Source: Candidatus Latescibacterota bacterium (lineage in GTDB: Bacteria; Latescibacterota; UBA2968). From it: a stretch of 64,000 nt of DNA. Each line of letters opens with the position of its first letter. The stretch's first letter is position 1. The stretch is from assembly GCA_965208125.1 (NCBI GenBank), contig OZ242320.1, positions 3,072,001-3,136,000 on the forward strand, in the 5' to 3' direction. Below are positions 45,719 to 56,326 of the stretch, piece by piece. The notes under the pieces are model-generated. The model was not told the origin of the DNA. It saw only the letters and a list, made by a program, of their open reading frames with translations, and made no database searches. The translations under genes and the position numbers were made by a program.

Positions 45719-46837
45719 TCAGAAATACGACGCAATCGAAAAGAAGAGGCGTCCAATGCCGTCGCCTTTGTCGCCATTTGCCGGCGTTTTGTAGGTGGCG
45801 TTGTAGTCCAGCTTGAAAGCCGTGTCTTCAACGGGGCGGAAGTTCAAGCCAAAGGTAATCCCGTATTCCGAGTCGCCGGTTATGGAGGTATCAAAATCGA
45901 CCCAGTCCCAGCGTGCTACGGCTGTGAACACGGATTCTGATAAGAAATGATCGTGCCCAAAATGAAAGTTGGTTTGCGCATAAGCACCGCGCTGATCGCC
46001 ATTAAATCCATCGGCGGTGGCTTGCGCGTATTCGCCCTGAAGTTCAAAGGGTCCCTGTGTAAATAGCGCGTCGGCACCGAAGATGGAGAGGCGATTATTG
46101 TTCGCATCGTCGTATTTGCCCGTGTGGAAAGATGCGCCGAGGTCAATGCCCAGGCGCGGGCTGAAGCCGAACCGTCCGACGAGTGCTTTGTCGTGGTTGT
46201 TGTCCGATTTTTGGCTGCCCCGTCCGCTTCGAATGCGGAGTTTGCCGCCGGAGTTGACTTTTTCGTTGAATCCGTTGACGAGGTAGATTTCATAAGTTGC
46301 TACGGAGAGTTCAGAGGGATAAAAGGTGCCAAAGAAGCCCATTCCCGCTTCTGAGAGGGTGGATGGCATGATCTGACGGTTCACGGTGGGGCGTTCAGTC
46401 AGGTCGTTGAGCGGGCTGTCGTGCAAGAGGTTAAAACGCCCGAGTGGGGAGAGTATGACACCGCCCCGATAGTTGAAGGCTTCTTTAAAGGTGAAGTCCA
46501 TGATGGCGAATTCGAGTTTGATTTCGCCATCGGTGTTGCTGCTACCTTTGACGAGACCACCGTGTTCAAATTCGATTTCGCACGAAACGTGAATTCGGTC
46601 GGTGATTTCCGAAAAGATGAAGGGGATGAAACGGTGCTGGTCAAAGGTGCTGTCTTTTCCTTCTGTCCATTCAAATTCGTGGTCAATATATCCGCCGATA
46701 GCTACATTTCTGCCCATGCGTTTGATATAGGGTTTGTCGTATATGCTGCCGGGCAATTCGGGTCGTTTGTCTTCCTCGGCTATGGTGGGTAGTGCGAGTG
46801 TGAGAGATAAGAACGAAGCGAGCAGTTTGAAGCGCAT
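45719..46837 (-). CDS. Outer-membrane porin-like beta-barrel protein
   Basis: Signal peptide, EIEFEH, GRFNLLH, C-terminal SIASYF. Confidence 0.8.
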   Translation of the reverse strand: MRFKLLASFLSLTLALPTIAEEDKRPELPGSIYDKPYIKRMGRNVAIGGYIDHEFEWTEGKDSTFDQHRFIPFIFSEITDRIHVSCEIEFEHGGLVKGSSNTDGEIKLEFAIMDFTFKEAFNYRGGVILSPLGRFNLLHDSPLNDLTERPTVNRQIMPSTLSEAGMGFFGTFYPSELSVATYEIYLVNGFNEKVNSGGKLRIRSGRGSQKSDNNHDKALVGRFGFSPRLGIDLGASFHTGKYDDANNNRLSIFGADALFTQGPFELQGEYAQATADGFNGDQRGAYAQTNFHFGHDHFLSESVFTAVARWDWVDFDTSITGDSEYGITFGLNFRPVEDTAFKLDYNATYKTPANGDKGDGIGRLFFSIASYF

Positions 46838-46912
46838 ACTTTTCTCCTGTGTGAAACACAAGACTATTCAAAGTGGGTTGACATGGTGCGTGGAATACCC
46901 TACTTTGAATAT

Positions 46913-46987
46913 GAGTTGTGCTTTTGGTGTGACTCAGACCATCTTCCGCCGGGCTGGCAGGCTCTTAAAGCGGGAGGTGGTTTTTTT
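46913..46987 (+). ncRNA. Candidate ~75-nt sRNA antisense to the porin operon upstream region
   Basis: TTGACA(46878)-17-TACTTT(46901) promoter; hairpin 46912-46936; 12-bp stem 46938-46949/46970-46981 that pairs fully only on the + strand (G-U), followed by T7. Confidence 0.5.
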
Positions 46988-47006
46988 GTTTGGCGGTCTA
47001 TAAAAA

Positions 47007-47024
47007 TGTTTTACTAATAAAACA
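47007..47024. promoter_or_regulatory. Palindromic operator candidate TGTTTTA-CTAA-TAAAACA
   Basis: Perfect 7-4-7 inverted repeat between a minus-strand TTGACA (47058-47063) and the porin gene. Confidence 0.5.
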
Positions 47025-47202
47025 CTCGCCCAATAAATAAAACAAATGTTGGGTATATGTCAACAAGTTTTTTAATTTTTTTCTTAAATTATGATAAGTC
47101 AGATTAATTTAGCTTTGGCGATCAACTGAAAAGGGTTGAATTTTCAGGGCAAGTACCTATTATAGCGCAGTGTTTTTTCGATCTCAATGCGAGGAGAGTT
47201 AA

Positions 47203-48180
47203 ATGCCTGATAGATTAAAAGTCGCTGTTATTGGCGCGAGTGGCATTGGGCAGCACCACGCGCGATGGCACCATTTGTCGGGGTCTCAGGTGGTGGCATT
47301 TGTGGGTACTTCGGAAGAATCGTGTGCAAAGACTCAGAAGCAATTGCAGGCGTATTTTGGATTTGATGGGCGCGCATATACGGATGTGGCGCAGATGCTG
47401 ACGACTGAACAGCCCGATGTGGTCGATGTATCAAGTCCTTTTTATCTGCATAAAGAGCATGCGATTGTGGCTCTGGAAAGCGGGTGCCATGTGGTGTGTG
47501 AAAAACCCCTGTGTTGGGATGTGGATAGGAGTCTGGACGATATTCTGGCAGATGGACAGGCTGTGGTGCGTGCGGCGGAACAGGTGGGTAGATCGCTGGT
47601 GATGTCTGCACAATATCCCGCGGGGATTTCAATTTATCGCGATTTTTACACGCGTGTGCGGGGGACATGGGATGCGATTGAATCGCTTGAGATGGAGATG
47701 GAGGTGAAGGGGCGCGGGGGACCAAAGGCGCGGGAAGATATCTGGATTGATGTGGCTTCCCATCCGTTGAGTTTGGTTTTGGGATTTTTGCCAGGGGGAG
47801 AAATCGATTGGGCAACGGCTTCGTGTGCGATAGATGAGCGGGAGAATCGCGCGGGTTTTGAGGTGGTTACGCCCGGGGGACGGTGCGATGTGCGGTTTGT
47901 TTTGCGCGATGTCGATGAGGGGGTTCCCGTGCGGCAATTTGGCGTCAATGGCTTTTTGGTGAATTGGGAGGGGTTTGCCGATGATGAGGGTATTTATCGC
48001 GCGCGATTGGTCCATGGAGACGAGGCTGTGGTTTGCGATGATTTTATGCATATTTTAATCGATGAATTTGGCAAGCATGTACGAGGGGAAGGTGGGCGGG
48101 TTGTTGTTTCTGGCGCGGATGCTTTGGTGAATTTGCAGTATCAAATTGCTCTGCTAAAGCAGGCGGATTGGTCTGTATGA
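47203..48180 (+). CDS. Gfo/Idh/MocA family oxidoreductase
   Basis: GASGIG..H, HVVCEKP. Confidence 0.85.
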   Translation: MPDRLKVAVIGASGIGQHHARWHHLSGSQVVAFVGTSEESCAKTQKQLQAYFGFDGRAYTDVAQMLTTEQPDVVDVSSPFYLHKEHAIVALESGCHVVCEKPLCWDVDRSLDDILADGQAVVRAAEQVGRSLVMSAQYPAGISIYRDFYTRVRGTWDAIESLEMEMEVKGRGGPKAREDIWIDVASHPLSLVLGFLPGGEIDWATASCAIDERENRAGFEVVTPGGRCDVRFVLRDVDEGVPVRQFGVNGFLVNWEGFADDEGIYRARLVHGDEAVVCDDFMHILIDEFGKHVRGEGGRVVVSGADALVNLQYQIALLKQADWSV

Positions 48181-48926
48181 GTGCGCGAGCAGACATTGGG
48201 GTGGTGATTACCACGCATAATTACGGGCATTATCTCGCCGCGTGTTTGGAATCGGTTTTGTCACAGACGCTTTTGCCCCGTCAGGTGCTGGTGGTTGATG
48301 ATGCGAGTGAAGACAATGCGGCAGATGTTGTCGCATCATTTTCCGGTGTGGCGTATTGCCGCGTGGATTTTCGCAATGGCAACCGCGCCCGGAATTTTGG
48401 TTTTTTGAAGGTTTCGACTTCTTATGTCGCGTTTTTTGATGCTGATAATGTGATGATGCCGAGCTTTTTAGAGGTGCTTTACGGTGCGTTGCAAGAGGTT
48501 CCCCAAGCGGCTTATGCTTATGGCGACCGCATTGTGTTTTCCGATGGCGATTTACAGCAGGGCGAACGCGAGGTGTCTGGTACGTTTGATGTGCGGCGAT
48601 TGCGCGCCGGAAATTATATCGATCTCGCCGCGTTGATTCGAGCTGATAGTTTTCCCGGATTCGATCCGGCTGTGCGCCGATATCAGGATTGGGATTTGTG
48701 GCTGAATATCGCGCTCAAACAGGGGGGGATTGGGCATTATGTGCCCGAGACATTATATTATTATCGGGTGCATGCTCACAGTGTAAGCCAGCGCGAAGAC
48801 CGGGATCGGGCTATGTGGCGTATCCGCAGAAAATATCGTCTCGGATGGGGCGCGCTACCCCTGCTGCGCCATTCTTTCAGGCTCTATCAATTCGCGCGGA
48901 AGACGAAGTCGTTTTGGACGGGGTGA
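48177..48926 (+). CDS. Glycosyltransferase family 2
   Basis: VVITTHN, VVDDAS.D, ARN.G, FFDAD, QDWDLW. Confidence 0.9.
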   Translation: MSARADIGVVITTHNYGHYLAACLESVLSQTLLPRQVLVVDDASEDNAADVVASFSGVAYCRVDFRNGNRARNFGFLKVSTSYVAFFDADNVMMPSFLEVLYGALQEVPQAAYAYGDRIVFSDGDLQQGEREVSGTFDVRRLRAGNYIDLAALIRADSFPGFDPAVRRYQDWDLWLNIALKQGGIGHYVPETLYYYRVHAHSVSQREDRDRAMWRIRRKYRLGWGALPLLRHSFRLYQFARKTKSFWTG

Positions 48927-49039
48927 GCGGTTGGGGTGACCTTTGACCGATGTCATCTTGACATGATGCGGTGCAGGCGTTACTTTTTCCGAGTGTGTTC
49001 ATATACTTAATAAGGGCATTAAGAAAAGTGGAGATTGCC

Positions 49040-51838
49040 ATGTCATTCGATATTGCTGCAATTGCCAATGCCGATTATATCGACGCGATGTATGAGAAAT
49101 ACAAACAAGACCCAGATCTGGTGGATGAAAGATGGCATATATTTTTTGCGGGGTTTGATTTGGGGATACAGCGCGATGGTGCCGACTTGACTCCAGATAC
49201 GTCAGATGAAAGCCAGGCGGAGGAAAATGTCCTGGCGTTTCTCGATGCTTATGACACGTTGGAGGAATATACCCGCATGGATGCGAATAGGCAGCAGGGC
49301 GCTCTGGCCCTGGTCAATGCGTATCGCACATGGGGGCACCTGGTCGCCGATATCGCGCCGATGAGTTATACGCGCCCACCGTATCCGCTGTTGGAGTTGT
49401 CGGAATACGGCTTTGCGGAAGAGGACCTGGATCAAATTGTCGGCGATGGCGGGTTCCTCGGTCCCACGGACGGGACGTTGCGCGACCTCGTTGCAAAGCT
49501 CAGGCAAACATATTGCGGTTCTGTGGCGGTAGAATACACGGATATTCCGTATAAGAGCCAGCACGAGTGGCTGGAGCAGCACATGGAGCCGATCTTAAAT
49601 TCGCCGAAATTCAGCGCGGAACAATGCCGGGATCTGCTTAGACAATTGATTGAGGCACAGGAATTTGAACAATTTTTGCATGTTAAATATATCGGGAAAA
49701 AGCGATTTTCTATTGAAGGCGGCGAAGCACTTATCCCGATGTTGCACGCGCTTATCGAAACGGGAGCTGCGTTAAATGTCGAAGAAATGGTGATGGGGAT
49801 GGCGCATCGCGGCAGGCTCAATGTGCTCACGCATATTATGCAAAAGCCCTATCCGGAGATATTCAGTGAGTTTGAGGGCGTTGAGATAGGTCGATCCGAG
49901 GGGTCGGGCGATGTAAAATACCACATGGGGTTCGCCCATGAGTATGTCACGCGCGATGGTCATACGGTGCATTTGGGTTTGACGCCCAATCCGAGTCACC
50001 TCGAGTTGGTCAATCCCGTGATTGAGGGCATTGTTTGTACGAAGCAAGAGACAAAAGGCGATGTTCAACACGAGCATATCGTACCGCTGATCATTCACGG
50101 CGATGCCGCTTTTGCCGGGCAGGGTATTGTGCCTGAGACGATTTGCTTGTCCCATCTGGATGGCTATGATAATGGGGGTACGATTCACATTGTTGTGAAT
50201 AACCAGATCGGTTTTACAGCACTGCCCCGGGAATCCCGTTTTACAGCGTATCCAACAGATGTGGCAAAGATTGTTAAGATGCCCATTTTTCACGTCAATG
50301 CCGATGATCCCGAAGCTGTGGTACACGCGGCGCGCATGGCTATGGCTTATCGCCAGGCGGTGAAGAACGATGTGATTATCGATCTGTGGTGTTATCGCCG
50401 ATACGGTCACAATGAATCCGACGATCCCGTTTTCACTCAGCCCCTGCAATCTGCTGAGATCGCCGAGCATCCAACGGTTGTCGATTTGTATGCGAGGCGT
50501 TTAATTGAGCAAAATATCGCAACAGAGGATGATGTCGATGCAATGAAGCAGGCTGTGCGTGAGAAGCTCGAGGCGGCATTCGTAGATGCCAAAAATCAAA
50601 AGACAAAACCGCGTGAGCCAGCATTTGGAGGCGCGTGGAAGGGATTTGGGAAGGCAGGTGCAGATCGCACGGCAAAGACTGCGGTGCGTAGAGAAAAATT
50701 GATTGATATTGCCGAAAAGGCGACGACTGTACCCGAGGGTTTTAACGCCTATCGCAAATTGATGCGCCAACTCGATTACCGCATGCAAATGGTCCACGGT
50801 AAGGTGGGAATGGACTGGGGCTGCGCGGAGATGCTCGCGTTTGGCAGTTTGTTGGTCAATGGATTTCCGGTGCGATTGGCAGGGCAAGATTCTCAGCGGG
50901 GTACATTTAGTCATCGACAAGCGGTGTGGCACGACGTCAAAAATGGCGCGATTTATTCACCGCTGAACCATCTATCGGATGGTCAGGGTGGTTTCAGGGT
51001 CTATAATACGATGCTGTCGGAGTTGGCGGTGCTGGGCTTTGAGTTTGGCGTGAGTTATGCCAATCCCAATAAATTGACGATCTGGGAAGCCCAGTTTGGC
51101 GATTTTGCCAATGGCGCGCAGATGATTATCGATCAGTTTATTTCCAGTTCAGAGGCCAAATGGCACAAGATGAGCGGGCTGGTGATGCTGTTGCCGCACG
51201 GGTTTGAAGGCCAGGGACCAGAGCATTCGAGTGCGCGGTTAGAGCGATTTCAGGCGCTGTGTGCCGAAGACAATATGCAGGTGGGCTGCCCCACGCTGCC
51301 CGCGCAGTATTTTCATTTGCTGCGCCGCCAGATGCTGCGCGCATTTCGCAAGCCCCTCGTTTTGATGATGCCAAAGAGTTTGTTGCGACTCAAAGAATCG
51401 ACCTCAACGCTCGAGGATTTGTCCGAGGGGGCGTTTTACCCTGTTTTAGACGATCCCGCACAGCCCGATCCCGGCGGTGTGAAGCGCGTTGTTTTTTGTA
51501 CGGGTAAGGTCTTTTTTGACTTAAAAGAGGGACGAGATAAAAAGGGCGAAGAGCGGCTTGCTCTGGTGCGGATTGAGGAACACTATCCCTTTCCGTGGGA
51601 TGAAGTGGGTGCTATACTCGAGACGTACGGCGATGCGGATATTTTTTGGGGACAAGAAGAGCCGCAAAATATGGGTAGTTGGGATTTTATGGAGCCAAAA
51701 CTTCGCAGGTTACTCGATAACAAAAAGCCGGTGCGCTATCTGGGACGAAAGCCCACGGCTGCAACGGCTACGGGTATTCAGTCGGTGCATTTGACCGAAC
51801 AGCAAGAGATCGTGGAGACGGCTCTGGATTTTTCTTAG
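49040..51838 (+). CDS. sucA: 2-oxoglutarate dehydrogenase E1
   Basis: GMAHRGRLN, GDVKYH, HGDAAFAGQG, WEAQFGDF, LLPHGFEGQGPEHSS. Confidence 0.97.
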   Translation: MSFDIAAIANADYIDAMYEKYKQDPDLVDERWHIFFAGFDLGIQRDGADLTPDTSDESQAEENVLAFLDAYDTLEEYTRMDANRQQGALALVNAYRTWGHLVADIAPMSYTRPPYPLLELSEYGFAEEDLDQIVGDGGFLGPTDGTLRDLVAKLRQTYCGSVAVEYTDIPYKSQHEWLEQHMEPILNSPKFSAEQCRDLLRQLIEAQEFEQFLHVKYIGKKRFSIEGGEALIPMLHALIETGAALNVEEMVMGMAHRGRLNVLTHIMQKPYPEIFSEFEGVEIGRSEGSGDVKYHMGFAHEYVTRDGHTVHLGLTPNPSHLELVNPVIEGIVCTKQETKGDVQHEHIVPLIIHGDAAFAGQGIVPETICLSHLDGYDNGGTIHIVVNNQIGFTALPRESRFTAYPTDVAKIVKMPIFHVNADDPEAVVHAARMAMAYRQAVKNDVIIDLWCYRRYGHNESDDPVFTQPLQSAEIAEHPTVVDLYARRLIEQNIATEDDVDAMKQAVREKLEAAFVDAKNQKTKPREPAFGGAWKGFGKAGADRTAKTAVRREKLIDIAEKATTVPEGFNAYRKLMRQLDYRMQMVHGKVGMDWGCAEMLAFGSLLVNGFPVRLAGQDSQRGTFSHRQAVWHDVKNGAIYSPLNHLSDGQGGFRVYNTMLSELAVLGFEFGVSYANPNKLTIWEAQFGDFANGAQMIIDQFISSSEAKWHKMSGLVMLLPHGFEGQGPEHSSARLERFQALCAEDNMQVGCPTLPAQYFHLLRRQMLRAFRKPLVLMMPKSLLRLKESTSTLEDLSEGAFYPVLDDPAQPDPGGVKRVVFCTGKVFFDLKEGRDKKGEERLALVRIEEHYPFPWDEVGAILETYGDADIFWGQEEPQNMGSWDFMEPKLRRLLDNKKPVRYLGRKPTAATATGIQSVHLTEQQEIVETALDFS

Positions 51839-51850
51839 GGAGGCGCGTAC

Positions 51851-53050
51851 ATGCCTGTTGATGTAGTTTTGCCCGAATTGGGAGAGTCAGTGACCGATGC
51901 CATTCTGGTCGAGTGGTTGAAATCGGATGGCGAGGCCGTGACGGTGGATGAACCCCTTGCAGTTATTGAAACGGATAAAGCCGATGTCGAATTGCCCGCG
52001 CCTTCGGCGGGTGTGTTGCATACACTGAAGGCCGATGGCGATACGATTGAGGTCGGCGAGACCATTGCTACAATCGATGAGGATGGCAAAGCCGTTTTAA
52101 AGGCCGAAGTATCGGAGAAGGTCGATGCGCCTGTAGAGCCTGTAGAGACAGATGGTTTGAGTCCGGCGGTGCGCCGATTAGTGACAGAGCACGACCTCGA
52201 TCCCGCGGCGATTACGGGTACGGGAAAAGACGGGCGATTGACCAAAGGAGATGTGCTGGCGTATCTCGATTCTGAAGTGTCTGAAGGACCGGATCCGCCG
52301 GTTTCTGAACCCGAAGTTCCTGCACCATCTCCTGCGCCCGCTACTTCGAGCGATGGCGAGCGGCGCGAACCCATGAGCCAAATTCGCACGCGCATTGCCG
52401 AGCGTCTGGTTTCTGCACAGCAGACAGCGGCGATGTTGACGACGTTTAATGAAGTCGATATGAGCGGTATTTTTGATTTGCGCGCGAAATACAAAGAGAT
52501 GTTTGCGGATGTGCACGGCATATCTCTGGGTTTGATGTCCTTTTTTGTGCGTGCCTGTGTTATTGCTTTGCAGGAATATCCCGATGTAAATGCCAGTATC
52601 GATGGTTCTGATATTGTCTATCGCGATTATGTCAATATGGGCATTGCAGTGGGTACTGATCGCGGTCTTGTCGTGCCGGTTTTGAAGTCGGCTGAGCGCA
52701 TGTCTTTTGCTACTATTGAGTCTGAAATTAAGCGCGTGGCTCTCTCTGCACGAGAAGGCAAGCTGGGGTTGGATGAGCTGAGCGGGGGCACGTTTACAAT
52801 TACCAATGGCGGGGTGTTTGGGTCGCTGTTGTCAACGCCTATTCTCAATCCGCCTCAGACGGGTATTTTGGGCATGCACGCGATTCAGAATCGGCCCATC
52901 GCCGTGGGGGATGAGGTGGTTGTTCGCCCGATGATGTATCTGGCATTGACTTATGATCACCGCCTGATTGACGGTCAGACTTCGGTCACTTTTCTCGTTC
53001 GCGTAAAAGATCTGCTCGAAGATCCCGCACGTATGATGCTGGAAGTGTGA
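51851..53050 (+). CDS. sucB: Dihydrolipoamide succinyltransferase E2
   Basis: Lipoyl [27 protein letters not shown]. Confidence 0.97.
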   Translation: MPVDVVLPELGESVTDAILVEWLKSDGEAVTVDEPLAVIETDKADVELPAPSAGVLHTLKADGDTIEVGETIATIDEDGKAVLKAEVSEKVDAPVEPVETDGLSPAVRRLVTEHDLDPAAITGTGKDGRLTKGDVLAYLDSEVSEGPDPPVSEPEVPAPSPAPATSSDGERREPMSQIRTRIAERLVSAQQTAAMLTTFNEVDMSGIFDLRAKYKEMFADVHGISLGLMSFFVRACVIALQEYPDVNASIDGSDIVYRDYVNMGIAVGTDRGLVVPVLKSAERMSFATIESEIKRVALSAREGKLGLDELSGGTFTITNGGVFGSLLSTPILNPPQTGILGMHAIQNRPIAVGDEVVVRPMMYLALTYDHRLIDGQTSVTFLVRVKDLLEDPARMMLEV

Positions 53051-53062
53051 AAGGAGCATTTC

Positions 53063-54448
53063 GTGGCAGATAATACATTCGATCTCATTGTTATTGGTGC
53101 TGGACCGGGAGGGTATGTGGCGGCGATTCGCGCGGCGCAATTGGGCATGCGCGTGGCGTGTGTTGAGAAACAGGCATTGGGGGGTACATGTCTGAATGTG
53201 GGCTGTATTCCGAGTAAAGCCCTTTTGGAGTCGAGTGAGTTGTTTCATCAGGCGGAGTCTTCGTTGGGTCTTCACGGTGTGAAGACCGGTGGTGTGGAAC
53301 TGGATTTGAAGGGTATGATGAAGCGCAAGTCCAGTATTGTGCGGAGGATGACGGGCGGTATCCGCGGTCTGTTTCGGAAGAATAAGGTGACGCATATTTC
53401 GGGGCTGGGGCGGTTGGCTGGCGATGGAAAAGTCGATGTCGGAGGGGATGTTTATTCGGCTGAGCGCATTTTGATTGCTACGGGCAGTTCTGCTATTGAG
53501 TTGCCCAATTTGCCTTTTGACGGCGAGTATGTGATCAGTTCGACCGAGGCGTTGGCACTGGATGAGGTGCCCGGGAAGATGATTGTTATTGGCGCTGGTG
53601 CGATCGGTCTCGAGTTAGGGTCGGTGTGGCATCGCCTGGGTGCGGAGGTGCATGTGGTGGAATTTCTCGATGGGGTGACGCCGACGATGGACCGCGAATT
53701 GTCCCGCGGTTTGCAGAAGGTGCTGGAGAAGCAGGGGCTGAAGTTTTCGTTTGAAACGCGCGCGGAGTCGGCAGAGGTTCGCGATGGTAAGGTGATTGTA
53801 ACTCTCGCACAGGGCGATGAGACGACTTCTGAGACGTGTGACCGATTGCTGGTCGCTGTTGGGCGAAGACCAAATACCGATGGGCTGGGTGGCGAAGATG
53901 TGGGCTTGGAGATGGATGACCAGGGACGCATTCTGGTCAATGAGGTGTTTGAGACAAATTTGCCGGGTGTCTATGCGATTGGCGATGTGATTCCCGGTCC
54001 GATGCTGGCGCACAAGGCAGAGGAAGAGGGCGTGGCTGCGGTGGAATGTATGGCGGGAAGGGCGGGGCATGTGAATTATGGCGCGATTCCCAATGTGGTG
54101 TACACGCATCCAGAATTGGCATCGGTGGGGCTGACAGAGGAGCAAGTTGTAGCGGATGGCATTCCCTACAAGGTGGGTAAGTTTCCAATAGCTGCCAATG
54201 GTCGCGCGCATACGCTACAGGCAGTGGATGGAGAGGTGAAGATTATTGCCCACGAAGAGACAGATCGCGTTATGGGGATTCACATTTTGGCCGCACGCGC
54301 GTCCGATATGCTCGCCGAAGGGGTTCTGGCGATGGAGTTTTCCGCGAGTGCAGAGGATATTGCGCGAACGATGCACGCGCATCCCACGCTTCCAGAGGCG
54401 CTGAAGGAGGCCGCGTTGAATGTGGAAGACGAGGCGATTCATATTTGA
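53063..54448 (+). CDS. lpdA: Dihydrolipoamide dehydrogenase E3
   Basis: GAGPGG, GGTCLNVGCIPSK, HAHPT. Confidence 0.97.
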   Translation: MADNTFDLIVIGAGPGGYVAAIRAAQLGMRVACVEKQALGGTCLNVGCIPSKALLESSELFHQAESSLGLHGVKTGGVELDLKGMMKRKSSIVRRMTGGIRGLFRKNKVTHISGLGRLAGDGKVDVGGDVYSAERILIATGSSAIELPNLPFDGEYVISSTEALALDEVPGKMIVIGAGAIGLELGSVWHRLGAEVHVVEFLDGVTPTMDRELSRGLQKVLEKQGLKFSFETRAESAEVRDGKVIVTLAQGDETTSETCDRLLVAVGRRPNTDGLGGEDVGLEMDDQGRILVNEVFETNLPGVYAIGDVIPGPMLAHKAEEEGVAAVECMAGRAGHVNYGAIPNVVYTHPELASVGLTEEQVVADGIPYKVGKFPIAANGRAHTLQAVDGEVKIIAHEETDRVMGIHILAARASDMLAEGVLAMEFSASAEDIARTMHAHPTLPEALKEAALNVEDEAIHI

Positions 54449-54454
54449 AAAAAA

Positions 54455-56248
54455 ATGACCATTTTGGAATTACATCATATTGCAATGGCTTACGGTGCTC
54501 AGGATGTGCTGGTTGATGTGTCTTTTAAGATCAATAAAGGCGAAAAGGTTGGTTTGATTGGTGACAATGGCTGCGGAAAGACCACCATTTTAAAACTGAT
54601 TGCAGGTATTGAAAGACCCATTTCTGGCACTGTGAGTAAGGTAAAAGGCATATCTACGGGATATCTCGCGCAGCACCTGAAATTTCAGGCGGGAAGGCGT
54701 GTTGAAGAAGAAATCGCCTCGGTATTTGAAGCAGTCAATCGGATGCAGCGCAAAATGCGCAAACTGGAAGCTCAGATGGCAAATGGTGCGTCTGATCAGA
54801 TCAACGCTGTGATGGAACAGTATGGGCGCTTACAGGAGGCTTTTGAGCGGGCAGATGGCTATGCTTGTCAGGCAAAAATTGATGCGGTCATAGATGGACT
54901 GGGTATAGGAGCTTGGCGGGACCAATCTACCGATGTACTGAGTGGCGGTGAAAAGAATCTGGTGGGATTGGCAAAAATTCTGCTGGGCGAGCCCGATCTG
55001 CTGTTGCTGGACGAACCGGGCAATCACCTCGATTTTGAAGGGTTGGCCTGGTTAGAGACATTTTTGCAAAATTTGGACCGAACGGTGATTCTGGTATCAC
55101 ACGATCGCTATATGCTGGACCGGGTTGTGAATCGGGTCGTGGAAGTTGAAGCTGGAAAAGCCAGCACATATATGGGCAATTATTCGGCCTACCGCACAGA
55201 AAAATTGCGTCAATTGCTCCTGCAGAAAGCGGCATACGACAACCAGCAGAAGAAAATTCAACGACTGGAGGAAATGATCAAGCGTTTTGAATTGTGGGGT
55301 GGGGAAAAAAATATACGACGTGCGAGAAACAAGGAAAAAATGCTGGACCGCATAGATCGGATCCATCGGCCAGTCATGGATCGCCAGCGCATTGATCCTG
55401 CATTTGGCGCAATTCAGGGTAGTGGAAAAATTGCTTTGGAGTTGCGAAAGTACGGGCGCAAAGCAGGTCAACGCACGCTGTTTCGAGATGTTGATTTGCT
55501 GGTGCAATCGGGCGAGCGCGTCGGATTGGTTGGGGGTAATGGGACGGGCAAATCCATGCTCTTTAAGGATATTGTTGCCGAGGCTGCCTGGGAACACCCC
55601 ACAATGCGAATTGGTCCACGCATAAAATTGGGATATTACGCACAAGAACACGAGACCTTAAATGACAACCGAACGATTCTCGAAGAGATCTGTTTGTCGG
55701 GTGAGTTGAACCGCGATCAGGGAGGTGGAGTGTTGTCCAGGTTTTTATTTGGATGGCGTGATCTGGACAAAAAAGTCGGCAATTTAAGCGGTGGGGAAAA
55801 AAGCCGCGTTCAGTTGGCCTGTTTGATGGTGTCTGGGGCCAATATGTTGCTATTGGACGAGCCAACCAATCATCTGGATATCGCATCCCGCGAGCAAGTG
55901 GAAGATGCCCTTGAAGACTTTGACGGTACACTTATAGTGATTTCACACGATCGCTATTTCCTCGATAAAATCGCCGAGCGCGTGATTGAAGTGCGCGATC
56001 TGAATTTGGAATCCCATGTGGGCAATTTCTCAGATTTTTGGACAAAACGGAGATCAAATAAGACGCCAGATGGAGAGATCTATTCTGAGGTTGAAAAACA
56101 AATTGAGGCGTTGGAAGATGAAAAATTGCGATTGGAACGGGGGATGGCATCGGCTTTTAAAAAAAGAGATTTCAAGCGGGGAGACCGCCTCAGCCGTAGA
56201 TTGCGTCTGGTGGAACAGCAGATTGAAAACCTTTATGAGGCTTTGTAA
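54455..56248 (+). CDS. ABC-F family ATPase
   Basis: Two ABC cassettes (GDNGCGKT, GGNGTGKS; LSGGE twice; LDEP twice), no TM segments. Confidence 0.92.
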   Translation: MTILELHHIAMAYGAQDVLVDVSFKINKGEKVGLIGDNGCGKTTILKLIAGIERPISGTVSKVKGISTGYLAQHLKFQAGRRVEEEIASVFEAVNRMQRKMRKLEAQMANGASDQINAVMEQYGRLQEAFERADGYACQAKIDAVIDGLGIGAWRDQSTDVLSGGEKNLVGLAKILLGEPDLLLLDEPGNHLDFEGLAWLETFLQNLDRTVILVSHDRYMLDRVVNRVVEVEAGKASTYMGNYSAYRTEKLRQLLLQKAAYDNQQKKIQRLEEMIKRFELWGGEKNIRRARNKEKMLDRIDRIHRPVMDRQRIDPAFGAIQGSGKIALELRKYGRKAGQRTLFRDVDLLVQSGERVGLVGGNGTGKSMLFKDIVAEAAWEHPTMRIGPRIKLGYYAQEHETLNDNRTILEEICLSGELNRDQGGGVLSRFLFGWRDLDKKVGNLSGGEKSRVQLACLMVSGANMLLLDEPTNHLDIASREQVEDALEDFDGTLIVISHDRYFLDKIAERVIEVRDLNLESHVGNFSDFWTKRRSNKTPDGEIYSEVEKQIEALEDEKLRLERGMASAFKKRDFKRGDRLSRRLRLVEQQIENLYEAL

Positions 56249-56270
56249 GTTATATTGTCAGCGTTATAAG

Positions 56271-56303
56271 AAAACACCGCAGCAAATCTGCTGCGGTGTT
56301 TTT
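56271..56303. terminator. Bidirectional terminator
   Basis: AAAACACCGCAGCA/TGCTGCGGTGTTTT. Confidence 0.85.
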
Positions 56304-56326
56304 GTTTTAAGACTGTCCTGCTCCGT

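Noticed and set aside
46838-47060. Cobalamin or other known riboswitch upstream of the porin
   Set aside because: No B12-box or other aptamer consensus recognised; G-U pairing and the T-tail favour the opposite strand
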